This document shows, piece by piece, positions 17,727 to 26,965 of a stretch of DNA of 64,000 nucleotides. Made by a program: the position numbers and the translations under genes. The stretch is from Bacteroidota bacterium. Lineage in GTDB: Bacteria > Bacteroidota > Bacteroidia > Bacteroidales > GCA-2748055. The first letter of the stretch is position 1, and each line of letters starts with the position of its first letter. The stretch covers positions 2,773-66,772 of the forward strand of contig JAHEEC010000009.1 in NCBI GenBank assembly GCA_024640885.1. Direction: 5' to 3'. The notes beneath the pieces were generated by a model. It was not told where the DNA came from. It ran no database searches and saw only the letters and a list, made by a program, of their open reading frames with translations.

Positions 17727-19176
17727 TTTTCACCTCTTTCGTTTTATTTAGCACCCAGGTATCCTTGCTGCCCCCTCCCTGGGATGAATTTACCACCAGT
17801 GACCCCTTCTTCAGGGCAACGCGAGTGAGGGCCCCCGGAATAATCTTGATCTCCTTCCCGTAAAGCACATAGGGCCTAAGGTCCACATGCCTCCCTTCAA
17901 TGGTTTCATCGGTCAAGGTGGGGACCGTGGAGAGGTTAATCACTGGCTGGGCAATATAGTTCCTTGGATTGCTCCTGATCCTTTCGATGAACATCTTCTG
18001 CTCTTCCCTGGTGGATTGCGGCCCTATAAGCATCCCGTAACCGCCTGAAGCATCGGTCTGTTTTACAACCAGCTTGCCGATGTGCTCGGTTACATATTTT
18101 AAATCTGATTCCTCTGCGCATATGTAGGTATGCACGTTTGGCAGGCTGATTTCCTCACCCAGGTAGTATTTAACAATCCTTGGAATATAGGCGTACACAG
18201 CCTTATCATCAGCCACGCCGGTGCCGGGTGCATTCACCAGGGTCACCCTGCCTTTTTTATAGGCATTGAATAATCCCGGAGTACCCAGCATTGAATCTTT
18301 TCGGAATGCGGCAGGATCAATGAAATCGTCGTCAACCCGCCTGTAAATCACATCCACCCGTTTCAAACCCCTGGTGGTGATCTTGTATACATAATCATCC
18401 ACCACTACCAGGTCCCTTCCTTCCACCAGCTCGGCACCCAGTTGCTGGGCCAGGTAGGAATGTTCAAAATAGGCCGAATTATAGATTCCCGGGGTCAAAA
18501 CTGCGATGGATGCCGGAGAAGCGGGAGATACGGACTCAAGCATGTCCCTCAGAAAGTGCGAATAATTGTAGACGGGTCTGACATTTAATTTTTCAAATAA
18601 TTCCGGAAAGGTACGTTTCAGGATCTCCCTGTTCTCAAGCATATAAGAGACCCCCGATGGACACCGCAGGTTATCCTCCAACACATAATACTGTCCATTA
18701 TCTCCCCGAACCAGGTCAGTACCCGTAATATGACTCCAGACGCCTTCAGGCGGTTTTAATCCTGCACACTGTTTTAAATAGGTGGCGCTGGAGAGGATCA
18801 GCTCTTTGGGTATTATTTTATCTTTAATTACTTTCTGATCATTGTAGATGTCATCAATAAACAGGTTCAGTGCCTGAATCCTCTGCTTCAGGCCGGCTTC
18901 CAGATAATCCCAATCTTCGCTGCTTATGATCCTGGGTATGATATCGAGATGCAGGATCCTTTCAATTCCCTGGTTGTCGCTGTAGACATTAAAGGTCATT
19001 CCCATGGAGAGTTGAGCCCGGTCCGTAGCATGCTGAAGAGAATTCAGTTTTTTCCACCCAATTTTCTGGATCCGATCCATAAAATGTTGATAATGTGGGC
19101 GTACCGATCCGTTCTCCATGAACATCTCGTTGTAGAGACCCTTCTCGGTATTTTGTTCAAATTTTAATTCGGGCAT
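17716..19176 (-). CDS. Circularly permuted type-2 ATP-grasp protein
   Basis: 486 aa with conserved blocks VRPHYQHF, GMTFNVYSD..GIERILHLDIIPRII, RCPSGVSYMLENR, VLTPGIYNSAYFEHSYLAQQLGAELVEGRDL, VDVIYRRVDDDFIDP, NAPGTGVADDKAVYAYIP, VVKQTDASGGYGMLIGP. These are typical of the CP_ATPgrasp_2 family that precedes alpha-E genes. Confidence 0.85.
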   Translation of the reverse strand: MPELKFEQNTEKGLYNEMFMENGSVRPHYQHFMDRIQKIGWKKLNSLQHATDRAQLSMGMTFNVYSDNQGIERILHLDIIPRIISSEDWDYLEAGLKQRIQALNLFIDDIYNDQKVIKDKIIPKELILSSATYLKQCAGLKPPEGVWSHITGTDLVRGDNGQYYVLEDNLRCPSGVSYMLENREILKRTFPELFEKLNVRPVYNYSHFLRDMLESVSPASPASIAVLTPGIYNSAYFEHSYLAQQLGAELVEGRDLVVVDDYVYKITTRGLKRVDVIYRRVDDDFIDPAAFRKDSMLGTPGLFNAYKKGRVTLVNAPGTGVADDKAVYAYIPRIVKYYLGEEISLPNVHTYICAEESDLKYVTEHIGKLVVKQTDASGGYGMLIGPQSTREEQKMFIERIRSNPRNYIAQPVINLSTVPTLTDETIEGRHVDLRPYVLYGKEIKIIPGALTRVALKKGSLVVNSSQGGGSKDTWVLNKTKEVKNAQ

Positions 19177-19355
19177 TGCTCTTCTGTTTTTGGTCCCGTC
19201 TTCACCGGATAAACCACTTCATCCACGATGTGACCTTATATATGACATAATTTTGTCCCTTTTGTTAGAGCTGGACCCATAAAACTTTCAGGAATCAATC
19301 CATACAGAACCATGATCAGGGCAGGAGGCTGACCATGCCAGGAGGTACGCAATTC

Positions 19356-20420
19356 TTATAGCCACTTCTTCCGCCGGAAGTAGATCAACAACCCGCCCCC
19401 CACAATGATCACCACAATCCAGAAGCCCAGGTAGCCGTATTTAAACTTCAGTTCGGGGATAAATTCGAAATTCATCCCGTAAATGCCTGCAATGAAAGTC
19501 AGGGGAATGAAGATGGATGCAAAGATGGTAAGCACCTTCATCACCTCGTTGGTGCGGTTGCTGACGTTGGTATGGTAAATATTCAGGTGGTCGGAGATCA
19601 TTCCGTTATAGAGTTCAATGGCATCGGAGGCCTGGATCACCAGCTCGTTAAGATCCCTCAAATAATGGAGATACTTCTCGTCGAACATGGTGTGATCGGA
19701 ACGTAAAAAATGGCTCATCAGTTCTTTTACAGGCCTCACCGATTTCCTGAGATAGGATAATTCTGTTTTGTACTTATAAATTTCCTCCACCAGCGTTTTG
19801 TCCGGACGACTGAATAACCGCTCTTCAAGGGCTTCGATATTCCGTCCGAGGGTCTCCACAATGATGATATAGTTGTCCACAATGGTATCCAGCAGCGCAT
19901 AGGAGAGATAGTCGGGGTCGATAAGCCTGGCCCGCTTCTTGGTATTTCGAATGCGTTCCCTCACCGGGTTAAAGACATCCCCGACCTGTTCCTGCAGGGT
20001 AAGCACATACCTGTGTCCCACGATCAGGGAAAATTGCTCCGCAGATATCAGTCTTGCTTCCTCATCATACTTCAGCATTTTCAGGATGAATGCATCGTAG
20101 TCGTCGCCATCATCATATTTAGGCAGCTGGTCCGTATTCATGATATCCTCCAGCAACAGGGGATGCAGCTCAAAAATCTCACCCATTCTCCGGATCATCT
20201 CCAGGTCATGAATTCCATAGATGTTGATCCACGACGTCCCTTCTGAGTTTAGGCAAACCGCTGCCTCCTCAATGGATCCCAGGTCCTTTTCGACCAGGTT
20301 TTCCGCATCAAATTCCATTAACCTGATTACCGGATTCTCCATCTTCTGGTTCCCGATCAACACCAGGGACCCCGGCATCTGACCTTTGGCTGCTATTCTG
20401 TCTTTGATGAATCTTGCCAT
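19356..20420 (-). CDS. corA: Magnesium/cobalt transporter CorA
   Basis: 354 aa, colinear with my memory of Thermotoga CorA (AAKGQMPGSLVLIG, HPLLLEDI, GDVFNPVRERIRN). It has the C-terminal TNEVMKVLTIFASIFIPLTFIAGIYGMNFEFIPEL with the GMN motif. It overlaps the upstream MscS gene by 28 nt. Confidence 0.95.
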   Translation of the reverse strand: MARFIKDRIAAKGQMPGSLVLIGNQKMENPVIRLMEFDAENLVEKDLGSIEEAAVCLNSEGTSWINIYGIHDLEMIRRMGEIFELHPLLLEDIMNTDQLPKYDDGDDYDAFILKMLKYDEEARLISAEQFSLIVGHRYVLTLQEQVGDVFNPVRERIRNTKKRARLIDPDYLSYALLDTIVDNYIIIVETLGRNIEALEERLFSRPDKTLVEEIYKYKTELSYLRKSVRPVKELMSHFLRSDHTMFDEKYLHYLRDLNELVIQASDAIELYNGMISDHLNIYHTNVSNRTNEVMKVLTIFASIFIPLTFIAGIYGMNFEFIPELKFKYGYLGFWIVVIIVGGGLLIYFRRKKWL

Positions 20421-21271
20421 GGCTGCGTGTTTTTATAAACGATGGTGCGGTAAGGGAACGGGATCTCGATCCCGTTTTGATCAAACTCCTCCTTAAAGGC
20501 TTTATAGAGGTCCGTCTTCAGGTTAAACCCGGTAGGATGGTCCCTTGTCCAAACAAAGGCCCTCAGGTTGACCGATGAATCTCCAAATCCGATCACCCGG
20601 ACTATCACGGGGGGGACCTTATCCAATTTTTCTTCTTCGTTCCGGTTGTCAATAAAGTCCGGGTGATTCATTGAAACCCTCTGCATGATCTCCATGGCCT
20701 TATCGATATCCGAATCATAGCTGATCCCCACCTCGATGAAGTTGCAGATGGTTTCATCCACAATGCTTGAATTGATGAGAATTTCGGAACTGATCACCGA
20801 GTTCGGGATGATCATCCTGCGGTTTTCATAGGTCCGGATCACGGTATGCCTGAGGGTGATATCCTCGACCCTACCCTTCGGCAGGGATCCCACATCAATG
20901 ACATCGTTTACCCTGAAGGGCTTAAAAATAACGATGAACACACCGCTTACAATGTTTGAAAAAGCCTGTTGAGAGGCAAAGAGGGCAATGGCTGTCAGGA
21001 TCCCTGCCCCTGCAAACATGGTCAGGCTGAGGGTCTTCAGCATAGGAATGGTGTAAAATATGAAGATGACCGCTCCTGTGAATACAAAAAAGGAGACCGC
21101 ATTCTTCAGAAAATTGAACTGGGTGGGATCCACCCTCAAATTTTTGGAAGAGGCCCTGATGAAACGGTTGATCAGGACCCTGAAGATCTTCGATATCACA
21201 AAAGCTGCCACCAGTGTGGCAGCCGAAATAATGGTATATTTTACAATGGGGATGGTAAATATCTCCTTCAT
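20393..21271 (-). CDS. Mechanosensitive ion channel (MscS) family protein
   Basis: 292 aa with 3 N-terminal TM segments. The MscS beta-domain follows: FSNIVSGVFIVIFKPFRVNDVIDVGSLPKGRVEDITLRHTVIRTYENRRMIIPNSVI. Confidence 0.85.
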   Translation of the reverse strand: MKEIFTIPIVKYTIISAATLVAAFVISKIFRVLINRFIRASSKNLRVDPTQFNFLKNAVSFFVFTGAVIFIFYTIPMLKTLSLTMFAGAGILTAIALFASQQAFSNIVSGVFIVIFKPFRVNDVIDVGSLPKGRVEDITLRHTVIRTYENRRMIIPNSVISSEILINSSIVDETICNFIEVGISYDSDIDKAMEIMQRVSMNHPDFIDNRNEEEKLDKVPPVIVRVIGFGDSSVNLRAFVWTRDHPTGFNLKTDLYKAFKEEFDQNGIEIPFPYRTIVYKNTQPWQDSSKTE

Positions 21272-21303
21272 CCGATCTTGAATCTTACAATTTTGCCCCT
21301 AAA

Positions 21304-22473
21304 TTAATCATTAGTTTCTTCTACCCATAAATTGTATGCTCCTTCAGTCAAAATCCCCGATAAATCCTGATCCAAAATTTCCACGTACCCATCCTGGGTA
21401 ATTCCGGTATGAACCTGTACTTTTCTAAAACTTAATTGATCGGCAGTCTCTTCTGACAGGACCATCACATAATCCTGATCCCGCTGCCTGACCAGGGCCT
21501 GTTCGGGGATGGCCAGCGCCTCGTGCCGGTGGGTAATGATCCGCGCCTCCACATATAGATTGTTGACCAATCCTTCAGAGTTTCCGATCTGTGCCAGGCA
21601 GGCGATGGTCCGGGTATCGGGATCGATGGAACCTCCCAGGTGGCTGATGGTGGCCTCATACTCCCTTTCCGGATGATCCGGAACATAGAAGCGAACAGGC
21701 TGTCCCTCCATGATATCTGCCAGGTCGTGTTCAAATACCTGGAGTTTAAGCTGAAGGTTTTTCGTATCCACCAATTCCAACAGGGTCTCCTGCGTTTCCA
21801 CTGCCTGTCCCAGCACCAGATCCTGCCTGGTGATCACACCCCGGATGGGGGCCCTAACCGATATATGGGGGGTGATCGATCCCTGTTCAATCATCGAAGG
21901 ATCAATTTGAAGCATGCGCAAACGGGCCTTAAGTCCCTCCACCCTTGCTTGCATGCTCCTGAAATCACTCTCTGTTTTAAGAAAATCCTTCCTGGCCACA
22001 ATGGCATCCTGGGAGAGGGCTTTCAGCCGCTCATAATCTGCGGCCAGCAGGTTCAACTGATTGAATGCCTCCGCGTACTCCTGCTGTATGAGGATGATCT
22101 CATTCCCTTCCAGTGAGAACAGTACCTCCCCCCTGTTCACCAGCTCCCCGGGATTGTGGTTGATTTTCATTATCCTTCCCGGTACCAGCGAAGAGATCTT
22201 TGCGCTTCCTGAAATGGTGGAAACCACATTTCCGTTGGCGTTGACCTCGAGGCTGAAAATCCGGGATCCGGGATCCCCCACTTTCATCCCCGATGATTCA
22301 AACTGGGTCCTGGTGAGCTTCAGGATTCCTGCCTGATCCAACAGCAGGGTTTCTCCCTGTACACCGGCTCCCTGGTTCTCACCGGCTCCCTTGTTGCAGG
22401 ATGCCACCCCAATCAGGGCCGGAATTGAAAAGAGAAGCAGGTGATATCTGATACGGATTGCATGCATGGTCAT
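21304..22473 (-). CDS. Efflux RND periplasmic adaptor (MFP) lipoprotein (system 2)
   Basis: 389 aa with lipobox GVAS|C. MFP blocks are present (VSTISGSAKISSLVPGRIMKINHNPGELVNRGEVLFSLEG, coiled hairpin, VRAPIRGVITRQDLVLGQAV, ALAIPEQALV, YVMVL). It starts 5 nt after the RND-OMF ORF. Confidence 0.85.
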   Translation of the reverse strand: MTMHAIRIRYHLLLFSIPALIGVASCNKGAGENQGAGVQGETLLLDQAGILKLTRTQFESSGMKVGDPGSRIFSLEVNANGNVVSTISGSAKISSLVPGRIMKINHNPGELVNRGEVLFSLEGNEIILIQQEYAEAFNQLNLLAADYERLKALSQDAIVARKDFLKTESDFRSMQARVEGLKARLRMLQIDPSMIEQGSITPHISVRAPIRGVITRQDLVLGQAVETQETLLELVDTKNLQLKLQVFEHDLADIMEGQPVRFYVPDHPEREYEATISHLGGSIDPDTRTIACLAQIGNSEGLVNNLYVEARIITHRHEALAIPEQALVRQRDQDYVMVLSEETADQLSFRKVQVHTGITQDGYVEILDQDLSGILTEGAYNLWVEETND

Positions 22474-22478
22474 TGTGG

Positions 22479-25400
22479 TTATTCAAGTGTCATGAAATTG
22501 ATCTCAAGGGCTAATTCATTGTAGAGATAAAGATTCTCCAGGTAGTTCAACTCAATCTCCACTGCACTGTCAATGCTCTGGACCAACCTGAAAAAATCGA
22601 TCTCCCCGGCAGCGTAGCTTTGTTGCGCGGATCGGATCAGTTCCGAGGAAAGCTCCCTCCCGGTCTGTTCATAGAATTGAATGACCTCCCGGTGTTTCAT
22701 CATCCCGGAGGTTAATTCGGCAACCCGGCTTTCATACTTCCGGATATAATTTGTTTGCATACTGGCGTTGGCCTCCAATGCCAGTTGTTTGGCTTTTACC
22801 CTGGCTCTTTGCTCTCCAAAAAATAGGGGAACGCCCAGGCCAACTTCGAAGCCCTGGTAGTGCCTGGCGCCCTCATACCGGTTGGTCCCGTTGAAATACT
22901 GGAGCGTTACATCGGGTAACAATATGTTCTTCTCCACCTTCATTTCCGCATCCTGCTTCAGGGCACTGTTCTGCAGATAATGAAATCCCGGGTCGGAGGT
23001 TACACCACCCGGATTCAATGCGATCTCATGAAGCGGCTCCCCAGGCAATACGAAGAGGCTGTCGTATTGCATGAGCGTGGCCAGGTTTGCATAGGCTATA
23101 TCAATGTCGTGTTGCAGCTGCATCTGGCTGAGCATGATCCGGTCATGTTTCGAACGTGCAATGAGCATCTCCAGGTAGGTGGTTTCTCCCTGGTCAAAGC
23201 TTGCCTCTGCTGCTGAGGTAAAACGCATGTAAATGCTATCCACCATGTTGTATGCCCGTTGCCTGTTCTGAAGATAGATGGCATTATAATATCTTTTGGC
23301 CACATCCCGGGTCATCTGCCTTTTCTTTTGCTCCAGTTCGTCCAGGGCCATGGAATAGGCCATGGAATAGGCATTTTTCTGGGCAAAATAGAGGGTGGGA
23401 AAATCAAACCGTTGCTCCCCTCCAATCACCCCGATGGGGTAATCGTTAGCTGCCACATTGTTTTCATCGTAGTTGTAGCGAATGATTGTTTTATCGATGG
23501 CAAAAGCTGTTTTGATCAGGGCCTTGCTCTCTTCAGCCTTCAGCCGGTAGGCCTCCAGTTCACTGTTATTGCTGTAGGTGAGTTCCAGTGCTTCCTGCAG
23601 GGATATTTCACGCGGGGTATTCCCGGCCACTGTACCAGGTTGTGCATTGGCCAGTGCCGGAAGGCAAAGAATCATGCCAAGGATCATCCAGAGTTTCATG
23701 GGTATTTCTTTGGCCCTTTTCAACTTTGGGGGCCACAGTTGTATGCCCATCACATCATCCACCAGGGCATAGAGCAGGGGCAGGGCAAGCATGGTCAGCA
23801 GGCTGGAAGTGACCAGGCCCCCGATCACCACCGTGGCCAGGGGGCGCTGCACCTCGGCCCCGGCCGAGGTGGAGATGGCCATGGGCAGAAATCCCATGGC
23901 CGCTGCCGATGCGGTCAGTAACACGGGACGCAGGCGTTCACGGGTTCCTTTCAGGATCCGCTCCTTCATATCGGTGATGCCCTGCTCTTTCAGGTCATTC
24001 AGGTGCTCGATCAGGACGATCCCGTTCAGTACGGCGATCCCAAAGAGGGCAATGAAGCCAATACCTGCAGAAATACTGAATGGCATGCCCCTGATCCACA
24101 GAAGGAAAACACCACCCACGATGGAAAGGGGGACAGCGGTAAATACCAGGATGGCCTCCTTGAAAGAACTGAAGGCAAAGTGGAGAAAAATAAAGATGAG
24201 CAACAAGGCGATTGGAACAGCCACCTTCAATCTTCTTGAAGCATTTTTCAGGTTTTCGAACTGCCCGCCGTAATCGATGTAATATCCTGCAGGGAGCTCC
24301 AGTTTCTCACTCAGGATGGGTTCGATATCCGCCACAACCGATTGAAGGTCCCGGTTTCGGACGTTGACGCTGACCACCACCCTCCTGCGCGTATTATCCC
24401 TGGATATTTTTGCCGGGCCCGAAGAGTATTCGATGGTCGCCAGTTCCTCCAGGGGGATCTGTCCTCCATGGGGCAGCGATACCGGAAGGTTCCTGATATG
24501 TTCAATATCGACCCGGTATTCAGGGAGCAACCGCACCACAAGGTCAAATCTCCTCTCCCCTTCAAAAATACTTCCTGCAATAGCGCCCCCGAAAGCCATG
24601 GTTACATATCTGTTCAGCTCCTCAATGGATTGGCCATAATAGGCCACTTTGTTGCGCCTGTACTTCACACTCATCTGTGGCAGACCTGCCGTTTTCTCCA
24701 AAATGATATCGGCCGCCCCGGGTACCCCGGTGATCAGTTGCTTGACCTCCTGTGCTTTCGCGGCAAGGATCTCAAGGTCGTCCCCGAAGATCTTGATGGC
24801 CAGGTCGGCCCTCACACCGGTGATCAGTTCATTAAACCGCATTTCGATGGGCTGGGTGAACTCATAATCGATTCCGGGAATGACAGTCAATGCCTCCTTG
24901 AAACGATTGGCCAGTTCCTCCTTGCTGCCGGCAGATACCCATTCTTCCCTGGGGATCAGCTTGATAATCATATCGATCTCCTCCATGGACATGGGATCGG
25001 TGGGCACTTCTGCAGCCCCGATCCTGCACACGATCTGGTCCACCTCCGGAAACTTTTCCATCAGAATGTTCTCCATCCGGGTGGTCAGTTCCACGGTTTT
25101 TGAAAGTGAAGTACCCGTTTTCAATACCGGCTGGATCACAAAATCACCTTCATCCAGGGTAGGCACAAATTCACCTCCCATCCTTGAGAAAATGATCCCT
25201 GTGAGGACCAGGGAAGCCAATGCCATGCCGAATATGACCCCCTTGTGGTCATAGGACCACCGGATGACAGGATCGTAGGACCGGTAAAAGAGCCTCATAA
25301 GATAACGGGTGAGGAAAAATTGTTTCTCCTTTCCGGGTTTCAGGAATACAGAAGAAGCCACAGGAAGCCAGGTGAGGCCAAAAAACATGGCCCCAAGCAG

Positions 25401-26864
25401 TGCAAATGAAAATGAGAGGGCCATGGGCCTGAACATCTTTCCTTCAACCCCGCTCAGCGAAAGCACAGGAATAAAGACGATCAGGATGATCAATTGTCCG
25501 AAGATGGCCGAATTGATCATTTTTGACGCCCCGTCAAAGGTGATCCTGTCCATCAGGCTCTGTTTTTCATCCCCCTGCCGGATCTCAATATTGGCCCGGT
25601 TCATGGTCAGTTTCACAGCAATATACTCCACGATGATCACCGCCCCGTCAATAATGATCCCGAAGTCAAGCGCACCAAGGCTCATAAGGTTAGCGTCAAT
25701 GCCAAAAATGTACATCATGGAAATGGTGAAAAGAAGGGAGAGTGGAATCAGGGAGGCGATGACCAGTCCCGAGCGAAGGTTGCCCAGCAACAGCACCACG
25801 ATCACAAATACGATCAGACAACCAAAGAGGAGGTTCTCAAAAACGGTCCTGGAGGTTTTGGAGATAAGTTCACTCCGTTCAAGGATCGGGTTGATAAAAA
25901 CCCCTTCCGGAAGGGTATTCTGTACTTCAGCCACACGGGCCTTCACCGCTTCGATCACATCGTTGGAATTGGCACCCTTCAGCATCATGATCTGACCCAG
26001 CACCTTTTCCCCTTCGCCATTCGCCGTAATGGCTCCAAAGCGATTGGCACTGCCAAAGCGCACCGTGGCCAGATCCTTCACCAGGACCGGGACCTCCCCG
26101 GTATTGGCAACCACCACATTTTCCAGGTCCTCGATGGAAGTGACAAGCCCGTCACCCCTTATGAAATAACTCTGGTTCTGTTTCTCAATGTAGGCCCCCC
26201 CAGTCACACTGTTGTTATTCTGTACCGCATTAAACACTTCCAGGAGGTTGATTCCCATTCCTTTTATCTTCTCGGGGTTGATGGCCACCTCGTATTGTTT
26301 TAAATAACCTCCCCAGGTATTTACCTCCACCACCCCCGGGATACCGGAAAGCTGACGCTTTACCACCCAGTCCTGCATGGTGCGGAGCTCCATGATTGAA
26401 TATTTTCCCTCATATCCGGGTTTGGTATCCAGGATATACTGGTAGATCTCCCCAAGCCCGGTGGTGATCGGCCCCATTTCCGGGGTTCCAAAACCTTCAG
26501 GAATATTGGCGGTTGCGGTTTTGATCTTTTCGGCGATCAACTGCCGTGGGAGATAGGATCCCAGCTTATCTTCGAACACAATGGTCACCACGGAAAGACC
26601 GAATTTGGAGATGGACCGTATTTCGGTGACACCCGGAAGATTGGACATTTCCAGCTCAACCGGGTAGGTAATGAACTGCTCCACATCCTGGGTGGACAGG
26701 CTGGTGGAAGTTGTGATCACCTGGACCTGGTTGTTGGTGATATCCGGAACGGCTCCCACGGGGATCTGGAATATGGAATAGACCCCAAATCCCGCAATGA
26801 AAAGGGTCAACAAAAGGACAATCAGCTTGTGATTAATGCTTAGATTAATGATCCGGTTCAGCAT
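22479..26864 (-). CDS. czcA: Czc-type HME-RND transporter fused in frame to a TolC-like outer membrane factor
   Basis: This is a single 1461-aa ORF. Residues 1 to about 1040 form a complete RND pump with TM4 signature DFGIIIDGAVIIVEY (25622-25680, Czc type). A basic linker WPPKLKRAKEIP follows. Residues 1056-1074, MKLWMILGMILCLPALANA|Q, form a signal-peptide-like segment (23643-23699). Residues 1075-1461 are a TolC/OEP-like protein (SLQEALELTYSNNSELEAYRLKAEESKALIKTAF...). There is no stop codon between the two parts. Confidence 0.85.
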   Translation of the reverse strand: MLNRIINLSINHKLIVLLLTLFIAGFGVYSIFQIPVGAVPDITNNQVQVITTSTSLSTQDVEQFITYPVELEMSNLPGVTEIRSISKFGLSVVTIVFEDKLGSYLPRQLIAEKIKTATANIPEGFGTPEMGPITTGLGEIYQYILDTKPGYEGKYSIMELRTMQDWVVKRQLSGIPGVVEVNTWGGYLKQYEVAINPEKIKGMGINLLEVFNAVQNNNSVTGGAYIEKQNQSYFIRGDGLVTSIEDLENVVVANTGEVPVLVKDLATVRFGSANRFGAITANGEGEKVLGQIMMLKGANSNDVIEAVKARVAEVQNTLPEGVFINPILERSELISKTSRTVFENLLFGCLIVFVIVVLLLGNLRSGLVIASLIPLSLLFTISMMYIFGIDANLMSLGALDFGIIIDGAVIIVEYIAVKLTMNRANIEIRQGDEKQSLMDRITFDGASKMINSAIFGQLIILIVFIPVLSLSGVEGKMFRPMALSFSFALLGAMFFGLTWLPVASSVFLKPGKEKQFFLTRYLMRLFYRSYDPVIRWSYDHKGVIFGMALASLVLTGIIFSRMGGEFVPTLDEGDFVIQPVLKTGTSLSKTVELTTRMENILMEKFPEVDQIVCRIGAAEVPTDPMSMEEIDMIIKLIPREEWVSAGSKEELANRFKEALTVIPGIDYEFTQPIEMRFNELITGVRADLAIKIFGDDLEILAAKAQEVKQLITGVPGAADIILEKTAGLPQMSVKYRRNKVAYYGQSIEELNRYVTMAFGGAIAGSIFEGERRFDLVVRLLPEYRVDIEHIRNLPVSLPHGGQIPLEELATIEYSSGPAKISRDNTRRRVVVSVNVRNRDLQSVVADIEPILSEKLELPAGYYIDYGGQFENLKNASRRLKVAVPIALLLIFIFLHFAFSSFKEAILVFTAVPLSIVGGVFLLWIRGMPFSISAGIGFIALFGIAVLNGIVLIEHLNDLKEQGITDMKERILKGTRERLRPVLLTASAAAMGFLPMAISTSAGAEVQRPLATVVIGGLVTSSLLTMLALPLLYALVDDVMGIQLWPPKLKRAKEIPMKLWMILGMILCLPALANAQPGTVAGNTPREISLQEALELTYSNNSELEAYRLKAEESKALIKTAFAIDKTIIRYNYDENNVAANDYPIGVIGGEQRFDFPTLYFAQKNAYSMAYSMALDELEQKKRQMTRDVAKRYYNAIYLQNRQRAYNMVDSIYMRFTSAAEASFDQGETTYLEMLIARSKHDRIMLSQMQLQHDIDIAYANLATLMQYDSLFVLPGEPLHEIALNPGGVTSDPGFHYLQNSALKQDAEMKVEKNILLPDVTLQYFNGTNRYEGARHYQGFEVGLGVPLFFGEQRARVKAKQLALEANASMQTNYIRKYESRVAELTSGMMKHREVIQFYEQTGRELSSELIRSAQQSYAAGEIDFFRLVQSIDSAVEIELNYLENLYLYNELALEINFMTLE

Positions 26865-26965
26865 GCTGGAGTGTTTTCAGTCATTCGAATGCCTGTAAAA
26901 GCATATTAAAATTACTCAAAACAACCACATGGACCACAACGATCCGGGCAATAATTGGGCAGTTA

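Noticed and set aside
23259-25995. Antisense ORFs of 220, 160, 253 and 228 aa inside the RND::OMF gene.
   Set aside because: Same reasoning. They have no start context and no motifs, and are fully nested in a strongly supported CDS.
26882-26891. A 10-bp perfect palindrome, CATTCGAATG, 18 nt upstream of the RND::OMF start.
   Set aside because: By a rough 4^-5 estimate, about 60 palindromes of 10 bp are expected by chance in 64 kb. There is no second copy or supporting context.
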